Assembly: GCA_043774925.1 (NCBI GenBank)
Contig: JAYVSZ010000015.1
Coordinates: 5,031-69,030, forward strand
Direction of reading: 5' to 3'
Origin: Methylophilaceae bacterium
GTDB lineage: Bacteria > Pseudomonadota > Gammaproteobacteria > Burkholderiales > Methylophilaceae
DNA length: 64,000 nucleotides
In this document: one piece after another, positions 58,179 through 64,000 of the stretch
Layout: the number at the start of each line of letters is the position of its first letter
How positions within the stretch are numbered: the first letter of the stretch is position 1
Notes under the pieces: model-generated
Told to the model about the DNA's origin: nothing
What the model saw: the letters and a program-made list of their open reading frames with translations, nothing else
The model's database searches: none
Program-made: the position numbers and the translations under genes

Positions 58179-59093
58179 CTACAACTTCCCCAGCAACAAA
58201 TATTCCATTAACGCCTTTTGTACGTGAAGCCTATTTTCTGCCTCGTCCCATACCACGCTTTGTTTGCCATCAATTACGCTTGCCGCCACTTCTTCGCCGC
58301 GATGGGCAGGCAAGCAGTGCATAAAAAGCGCATCTCTGTTCGCTATTTCCATCATATCCGCATCGACTTGCCAATCCGCAAAATCATGCTTGCGCGCTTC
58401 GTTTTCCGCCTCAAAGCCCATCGATGTCCACACGTCCGTGGTCACCAAATCCGCGCCACGTGCGGCTTCCATCGGGTCAGCAAACTCCTCGTAGTGCGCA
58501 TGACCGAACAAATTTGCGCGCTCCGCTTCCACTTCGTAACCTTTTGGCGTAGAAACATGCACGTTGAAATCCAGCACTTCTGCGGCTTGCAGCCAGGTGT
58601 TGCACACGTTATTGCTGTCGCCAATCCAAGCCACGGTTTTACCTTTTATCGAACCGCGATGCTCGATAAACGTGAAAATATCCGCCAAAATCTGGCACGG
58701 ATGATATTCGTTGGTCAGGCCGTTAATGACGGGTACGCGCGAATTTGCAGCAAAGCGCTCAATAATGCTTTGCTCGTAGGTGCGAATCATCACAATATCG
58801 CTCATGCGCGAAATCACTTGCGCTGCGTCTTCTACTGGCTCGCCGCGACCAAGCTGCGAATCGCGCGTATTCAGGTAAATCGCTGAACCGCCAAGCTGAT
58901 GCATGCCCGCTTCAAAGCTCAAACGCGTTCTTGTACTGGCTTTTTCAAAAATCATCACCAATGTTCTGTCTTGCAAGGGCCAGTATTGCTTGTAGGCCTT
59001 AAACTGGCCTTTAATCCACGCCGTACGCGCGAAAATATGATTCAACTCATCGGTGGTTAAATCGTTAAATTGTAAGAAATGTTTAATCGCCAT
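58179..59093 (-). CDS. argF: ornithine carbamoyltransferase
   Basis: FEKASTRTRLSFE, HPCQ, HCLPAHRGEEV. Confidence 0.93.
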   Translation of the reverse strand: MAIKHFLQFNDLTTDELNHIFARTAWIKGQFKAYKQYWPLQDRTLVMIFEKASTRTRLSFEAGMHQLGGSAIYLNTRDSQLGRGEPVEDAAQVISRMSDIVMIRTYEQSIIERFAANSRVPVINGLTNEYHPCQILADIFTFIEHRGSIKGKTVAWIGDSNNVCNTWLQAAEVLDFNVHVSTPKGYEVEAERANLFGHAHYEEFADPMEAARGADLVTTDVWTSMGFEAENEARKHDFADWQVDADMMEIANRDALFMHCLPAHRGEEVAASVIDGKQSVVWDEAENRLHVQKALMEYLLLGKL

Positions 59094-59101
59094 AGTTTAA
59101 A

Positions 59102-60283
59102 TTAGTGCTTTAAAAACGCCTTAATCAAAGTGGAAAGCCGCGCAACTAGCTCGTTCGCTTCAGCATCATTAATCACTAGCGGAGGTAGTAAACGCACCAC
59201 TTTATCCGCCGTCACATTAATCAGCAACTTGGCTTCCAGCGCCGTTTTCACGAGTTCCGCGCAGGGTCTATCCAGCTCAACACCAATCATCAAGCCCGCG
59301 TTGCGTATGTTCAGCACCGCTTTTTCGTTGGCGAGTTCTTTTTTAAAGCCCGCCACAATAAGATCGCCCATTTTCTGTGCATTTTCACGCAATTTTTCAT
59401 CAGCAATCGCGCTCAATGTGGTCAATCCCGCTATTGTTGCCAGCGGGTTCCCGCCGAATGTCGAGCCATGTTTGCCCGGCGTAAACACCTCGGCAGCCGC
59501 ACCTTTGGCTAAGCATGCGCCAATCGGCACGCCAGAACCCAAGCCTTTAGCCAGCGTCATCACGTCAGGAAATATATCGGTGTGTTGAAACGCAAACCAA
59601 GTGCCAGTGCGGCCAATGCCGCTTTGCACTTCGTCCAGCATCAACAACCAACCATTGTCATCGCAGACTTTGCGCAAGCCTTGAAAATAAGCTTTCATGT
59701 CGGCAGGAATATGCACCCCACCCTCGCCTTGCACTGGCTCGACTAATATGGCTACCACGTTATTTTTGCGTGAGGCGATTTGTTTTACCGCTTCCAAATC
59801 ATCGTACGGCACACGTACAAAACCGCTCACCAGCGGCTCAAAACCTGCTTGCGCCTTACGGTTGCCCGTGGCCGAAAGTGTCGCCATAGTGCGCCCGTGA
59901 AACGCGCGTTCCATGACAATAATTTCTGGATTTGTAATGCCTTTTTTGTGCGCATAAAGCCGCGCCAGCTTGATTGCAGCCTCATTCGCCTCGCAACCGG
60001 AATTGCAAAAAAACACTTTATCCATGCCAGAAACTTCAGCCAATTTATCGGCTAAAGCAGCTTGCTCGGCCACGTTGTAAACATTTGAAACGTGAATCAG
60101 CTTAGCTGCTTGTTCTGAAATTGCCTTTACCAACTTGGGGTGTGCATGTCCAAGCCCATTCACAGCAATGCCCGCTAGCGCATCGAGGTATTTTTCACCT
60201 TCATCGTCCCACAGCCAAACGCCCTGGCCTTTGACGAAAGTGACAGGGTTTCTGTTATAGGTGTCCATCAAGTGTTGCGACAT
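59102..60283 (-). CDS. argD: acetylornithine (succinyl-diaminopimelate) aminotransferase
   Basis: Class-III aminotransferase: FCNSGCEANEAAIKLAR, LMLDEVQSGIGRTG, TLAKGLGSG (PLP Lys). Confidence 0.9.
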   Translation of the reverse strand: MSQHLMDTYNRNPVTFVKGQGVWLWDDEGEKYLDALAGIAVNGLGHAHPKLVKAISEQAAKLIHVSNVYNVAEQAALADKLAEVSGMDKVFFCNSGCEANEAAIKLARLYAHKKGITNPEIIVMERAFHGRTMATLSATGNRKAQAGFEPLVSGFVRVPYDDLEAVKQIASRKNNVVAILVEPVQGEGGVHIPADMKAYFQGLRKVCDDNGWLLMLDEVQSGIGRTGTWFAFQHTDIFPDVMTLAKGLGSGVPIGACLAKGAAAEVFTPGKHGSTFGGNPLATIAGLTTLSAIADEKLRENAQKMGDLIVAGFKKELANEKAVLNIRNAGLMIGVELDRPCAELVKTALEAKLLINVTADKVVRLLPPLVINDAEANELVARLSTLIKAFLKH

Positions 60284-60316
60284 AATTTACTCAAAATCTA
60301 GCCAAAGTCTAAAAAG

Positions 60317-60345
60317 AAAAACGGCGGCTAAGGCCGCCGTTTTTA
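60317..60345. terminator. Rho-independent terminator (symmetrical; serves the 60359-60850 gene on the minus strand)
   Basis: AAAA-ACGGCGGC-taag-GCCGCCGT-TTTT. Confidence 0.75.
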
Positions 60346-60358
60346 AGCCTTACAAAAT

Positions 60359-60850
60359 TTACAAGCCAACAAGTGCTGCGTGGCTCAAGCCGTTTGCCAT
60401 GAAAAACAACATCGGAATCGACAGCATAAAGTTAGTACGCGAAGCCAGCATTGCCACTCGGCGTGCTTTCGCTTTTTCGTCGTCTGTCGCAGGTTTCATG
60501 CCCAAAATCTTTTGTTGATTTGGCCAAATAAAGTGCCAAACATTAATCAACATAATCGTGCCTAACCAAGCGCCAATGCCGATGCCAGCGAAACCGTTGC
60601 GCAACATAAATGCATCGCCCAGATTAGATCCTAATAAAGCCGCGCCTGCTAGCCATGTACCCACTGCTGCCCAACGGAAGTAAAACAAGGCCCGTGGCGC
60701 AATGTGTTTGGTGATGCCCGCCGCCGTACCATCAGCGCCTGCGTCTTTAAGGCCAGCCATTTGTACCAAATTAAAATAGTAAAGCAAACCAATCCAAGTA
60801 ATGCCAAAAATGAAATGTAACCAACGCGCTATGCCTGCCATGTATTCCAT
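60359..60850 (-). CDS. 4-TM membrane protein resembling the HemJ/PuuD(N-terminal)/CopD-like superfamily
   Basis: RWLHFIFGITWIGLLYYFN resembles the conserved His-containing first helix of HemJ/urate-hydroxylase PuuD-type proteins. The family assignment is tentative. Confidence 0.5.
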   Translation of the reverse strand: MEYMAGIARWLHFIFGITWIGLLYYFNLVQMAGLKDAGADGTAAGITKHIAPRALFYFRWAAVGTWLAGAALLGSNLGDAFMLRNGFAGIGIGAWLGTIMLINVWHFIWPNQQKILGMKPATDDEKAKARRVAMLASRTNFMLSIPMLFFMANGLSHAALVGL

Positions 60851-60851
60851 A

Positions 60852-60956
60852 TTAAGCTCCTGCCATCAAAAAGTTTTTCAAAAAGAATACTAAAACTATG
60901 GTCAAAATTACACCTGAAATAATGGTGCCTGATATTGATTCTAATGGATTTTTCAT
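60852..60956 (-). CDS. possible 34-aa single-TM peptide, stop 1 nt before the downstream start
   Basis: My translation is MKNPLESISGTIISGVILTIVLVFFLKNFLMAGA. AGGGAG Shine-Dalgarno 8 nt upstream. The stop TAA is 1 nt before the ATG of the 60850 gene. Confidence 0.3.
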   Translation of the reverse strand: MKNPLESISGTIISGVILTIVLVFFLKNFLMAGA

Positions 60957-61042
60957 CGCGGTCGCTCCCTAATAAAATGCTAGCAAAATTTACTTTACGT
61001 TCTAGGCTAGAGATTAGCGCAAAAGCCGCGATTTTGCAAGGT

Positions 61043-62113
61043 TTAAGCGTGACAATCTGACTTCGCTGCCAAGAACGGTTTGATGCGCAGCAAGGTATCT
61101 GGATGCGATGACAGCATATCGCTAATCGGGTCGCCAGCATCGGGCGCATCGGATTTTGGCTTTTTCTTATCGTCAGACTTCATGTCAGGCCTGCTTTTAG
61201 CCAAACGCAGCAAAATATCGGCAAACGCTTTTGGCGGCAAACAGGCTTTTTGCAAGGCTTGTAGTGAAAATGCGTCAGCCTCATATTCCAATGTGCGCGT
61301 GTAACGCATTTGCATCAACACGCCAGGCAAGCCAGACGCCATCGAGCTGACGTCGCCCGTTACCGCGGCTAAAATCAAGCCAGAAAGCGCGCCTTGAATA
61401 CTTTGCCGAAATGCGTGACGCTTTTTAACGTGACCCAGCTCGTGCGCCAGCACCGCAACGATTTCCGTGTCATTTTTCGAGAGTTTAACTAAATCGTCGG
61501 TGATAATCATAATGCCGCCAGGAATCGCAAAGGCATTGGCGCCAATGGCTTCGGATTCGCGAAACTCCAAACGATATTGCGGGCATTCTTTGAAAGCGGC
61601 ACACATATTGTTCACCGCAGCAATAATGCGCACTTGGCGCGATTTTTCGATTTTGCTCGGCGTAAAATAGCTGTATTTCGCATCCAAACCCTTAAGCACT
61701 TGCTCGCCAAGACTGGCTTCCATGCTGGGCGGTGTGGCATCCGCCACACGTTGCGCCAGCACTGGCACGCCATATTGCAAAAATAGCCAACCCGCAAACA
61801 CAGTTGCCATCAGCGAAACGATCACCCAACCAAGATGATTTTCTAGATAATGCACGCCGCGCCAAAACGCGCTGGTTTTGGAAGGCATTGCCGCTTCCAG
61901 CTCGCTGAGGTCAAAAGCTTCTAATCTGCCGCCATTGGGCAGATCTATTAAGCGCTTGGTCTTGCCCAGTTTGGCTTGTACATCGATGTACGCGAGCTTA
62001 TACGTGAGTGTTTCGCCATCAATTTCAAAATTTAAGGCATCGCCTGCAACTCGCACCAGTACTGGCTGTGCGCGGGCACTGTTACCATCAAAAAAATCGG
62101 CGGGAAACGACAA
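61043..62113 (-). CDS. M48-family zinc metallopeptidase with N-terminal soluble domain and two TM helices
   Basis: HELGHVKKRH (HExxH), downstream EYEAD and SSHPDTLLRI motifs. 14 nt downstream of the DUF898 gene. Confidence 0.85.
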   Translation of the reverse strand: MSFPADFFDGNSARAQPVLVRVAGDALNFEIDGETLTYKLAYIDVQAKLGKTKRLIDLPNGGRLEAFDLSELEAAMPSKTSAFWRGVHYLENHLGWVIVSLMATVFAGWLFLQYGVPVLAQRVADATPPSMEASLGEQVLKGLDAKYSYFTPSKIEKSRQVRIIAAVNNMCAAFKECPQYRLEFRESEAIGANAFAIPGGIMIITDDLVKLSKNDTEIVAVLAHELGHVKKRHAFRQSIQGALSGLILAAVTGDVSSMASGLPGVLMQMRYTRTLEYEADAFSLQALQKACLPPKAFADILLRLAKSRPDMKSDDKKKPKSDAPDAGDPISDMLSSHPDTLLRIKPFLAAKSDCHA

Positions 62114-62127
62114 GTTTATGCTATCGC

Positions 62128-63579
62128 TTAACCGAACGACAAATCTACGTCAAAAAAGTCAGCAATTTCTTCGCCTGTAGCTTTCATTTCTGCCTTTTTA
62201 TCGCCCACAAACTGGTCGAAATCGACATCGCCAATAATTTGCAGTTTGGAAGCGCGATATTTCGCCATGCGAATCTGCGCCCAAGGCGTTGCCAAGCCAA
62301 AAGTGCAAACAATCGCGATAATATTGCTGATGTACAGCCAAACAAAATCGCGCGCACGGAGCGTACTTTTGAACGAAAGTTTATCTAGTGTCGTACTGTT
62401 CCATACCAAATTGCCAATGCGCGCTTTTAAGTAGCCCACAAAGCCGAAAGCAAAGACTAAATAAGCCAGCACAAAAGCAAGCATCCCTAAAAAAGCCGCA
62501 GGATTTTTGAACATGTTTTTCAAGTTTTCTGTTCGCGCTTTTTCGCGCTCCTGCATCATCTCCTCAAAGGTTTTTTCTTCTGGTTGGTCTGGCATCATTG
62601 CTTTTTGTCTTGCTAATTCTTCTTGAATTTGTGCTTCCGTTGGTGCAGATTCTCGCAGTGCCTCTTCTTCCTGAACGCGCTCCACGGGCATTACATCTTC
62701 AGCTTGAATTTCCGCAGGTGGCAACTCTGGTGCAGCTTCTGGCGGCGCAACGTCAGAATAAACACGCTCTACTTTTTTAATTTCTGGCGCTGGCATTTCT
62801 GCTGTAACTTCGTTTGCGGCCAACACGACTTTATGTTGCGGAACGCCCACAAAGCCCATGGTGTAAGGCACACTAAGCTCGGTATGTTTTGCTGCTTTAG
62901 CCTTGGCTTTTTCTATCAACTGTTGACCCCTCCATACGCCGCCAACCAAGAGACCAATAATGATTACTGGCACAATAAATAACCATAAATACACCTTGTA
63001 AAACTGTTTTACAGTCGCTTGCATATCAAACTGGCTCATACCAAATTTGTGATTATTCATCATGAATTTGTTGCGTTGATGCGCGGCAAACGGCGTGAAC
63101 AAACCCAAAGTAACGATAGTGATAAGAGGCAACACAAAAAACACGCGCACGGCTTCACCCAATTTGCCGATAAAATCGAAGCGCAGGCCGCGATGACTGG
63201 TGTTGCGCGCGTTGAACATGGCAGAGCGTACGACGAGCCAAGGCAGCGCGATAAAAAATAGCAACATACAAATGCCAGGAATAATGGGGCTGATTTGACC
63301 GCCAAATGCATAGCCGAGGAAAAAGACAAAAGCGATGGCGCGACCTTTTAAGATGGCGATTGGTTTTGCGTGATAATCAAAACCGACATTATCGATTAAG
63401 GTATTGTTATAAAAGTACTTTTTGCGGCGCACCTTGGCCCAAGCCGAATAAATGCCGAAGCTAACTAAAGTGAGTAATAAATTGACGATCCAAATGCCAA
63501 AATATTCGCTAGCTTTGCCGTTAAATACGATTGGCGTGGTTTTTTGTGTATTATTTTGATTGCCGTTTTGCTCGTTCAA
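62128..63579 (-). CDS. DUF898 (YjgN)-family membrane protein with an approximately 140-aa acidic Pro/Glu/Ala-rich insertion
   Basis: FNGKASEYFGIWIVNLLLTLVSFGIYSAWAKVRRKKYF and the second-half repeat are typical of DUF898. Residues about 217-360 are a charged low-complexity linker. Confidence 0.8.
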   Translation of the reverse strand: MNEQNGNQNNTQKTTPIVFNGKASEYFGIWIVNLLLTLVSFGIYSAWAKVRRKKYFYNNTLIDNVGFDYHAKPIAILKGRAIAFVFFLGYAFGGQISPIIPGICMLLFFIALPWLVVRSAMFNARNTSHRGLRFDFIGKLGEAVRVFFVLPLITIVTLGLFTPFAAHQRNKFMMNNHKFGMSQFDMQATVKQFYKVYLWLFIVPVIIIGLLVGGVWRGQQLIEKAKAKAAKHTELSVPYTMGFVGVPQHKVVLAANEVTAEMPAPEIKKVERVYSDVAPPEAAPELPPAEIQAEDVMPVERVQEEEALRESAPTEAQIQEELARQKAMMPDQPEEKTFEEMMQEREKARTENLKNMFKNPAAFLGMLAFVLAYLVFAFGFVGYLKARIGNLVWNSTTLDKLSFKSTLRARDFVWLYISNIIAIVCTFGLATPWAQIRMAKYRASKLQIIGDVDFDQFVGDKKAEMKATGEEIADFFDVDLSFG

Positions 63580-63703
63580 TTATTTTCCCCTGCGTGAATT
63601 GTTTTAGCTATTTTTGTACTACAGGCAGTTTACCCGAAACAATTGCGCAAGCAAAACCACCTTTGCAAGTTAAAATAGTATTTTCGTTAAATATGACACA
63701 AGC

Positions 63704-64000
63704 ATGAAATTGCCCCCGCTAGGAAGCCTATGGATGCTGGTTGCCGCGCTGGGCTTCGCCATTATGGGCGCACTGGTTAAAGTAGGCGCGGCAAAATTTA
63801 GCAGCGCAGAGCTGGTGTTTTATCGCTCCATATTTGGCTTGATTGCCATTTACGCCTACATTTTCGCCAAGCGATTACCACTCAAAACGCCTGTGATGTA
63901 CAAACATATGTCGCGCTCACTGGTGGGTTTTGGCTCACTGGTGCTGTTCTTTTACGCAATCGCGCATTTGCCTTTGGCTACCGCCATCACACTTAACTAC
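63704..64000 (+). CDS. DMT-superfamily (EamA-like) transporter, N-terminal part (3' end outside window)
   Basis: My translation is MKLPPLGSLWMLVAALGFAIMGALVKVGAAKFSSAELVFYRSIFGL...HLPLATAITLNY, a typical first EamA domain. The frame is open to the window edge. Confidence 0.75.
   Translation, partial: MKLPPLGSLWMLVAALGFAIMGALVKVGAAKFSSAELVFYRSIFGLIAIYAYIFAKRLPLKTPVMYKHMSRSLVGFGSLVLFFYAIAHLPLATAITLNY

Noticed and set aside
1-64000. Looked for tRNA/rRNA genes, CRISPR arrays, transposases, integrases, phage or defence-system genes
   Set aside because: I recognised no direct-repeat/spacer arrays, no T-loop (GTTCGAATC-type) cloverleaf candidates, and no ORF with recombinase, nuclease or defence motifs. 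This was a visual scan only, so small ncRNAs cannot be excluded.

Overview
The window reads as a chromosomal segment of a betaproteobacterial methylotroph. This is inferred from the complete pqqABCDE operon, formate-tetrahydrofolate ligase, mid-range GC, and the conserved order leuB-asd-fimV-truA-trpFBA-accD-folC-dedD-cvpA-purF-metZ and gyrA-serC-pheA-hisC. About 85 percent of it is densely packed housekeeping DNA. This includes sulfate assimilation (cysB | tauE-cysI-DUF934-cysH-cysDN), the pqq operon, aromatic/serine genes and gyrA. It also includes the purF-trp block, asd, and a co-directional argD-argF-argG-cimA-leuCDB block. I found no rRNA, tRNA, CRISPR array, transposase or phage genes. 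Three short genes are missing from the ORF track: pqqA (23 aa), an entericidin-type lipoprotein (39 aa) and a possible 34-aa membrane peptide. The most interesting region is 22.1-26.5 kb, next to pqqA. It holds a translationally coupled operon of an HTH-like orphan protein, a multi-DUF5666 periplasmic protein and a beta-barrel OMP. The DUF5666 protein carries 12-aa Gly-rich tandem repeats and a Ser/Gly tail. Two paralogous small secreted modular proteins are transcribed divergently from the operon. Their promoters share a 13-bp palindrome, GGGAW-N3-WTCCC. The same palindrome occurs twice in the promoter of a third small orphan gene at 17.1 kb, on the other side of the bcr-pqq block, which suggests an undescribed mini-regulon. 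Other accessory features are a 171-bp MITE-like inverted-repeat element between cysH and cysD with a solo copy at 51.4 kb, a 25-bp perfect inverted repeat between pqqC and pqqD, a truncated Fe-S protein gene beside an AT-rich islet, and a DUF898-M48 peptidase pair. All functional calls rest on my recognition of translated motifs and gene context. No database search was run.
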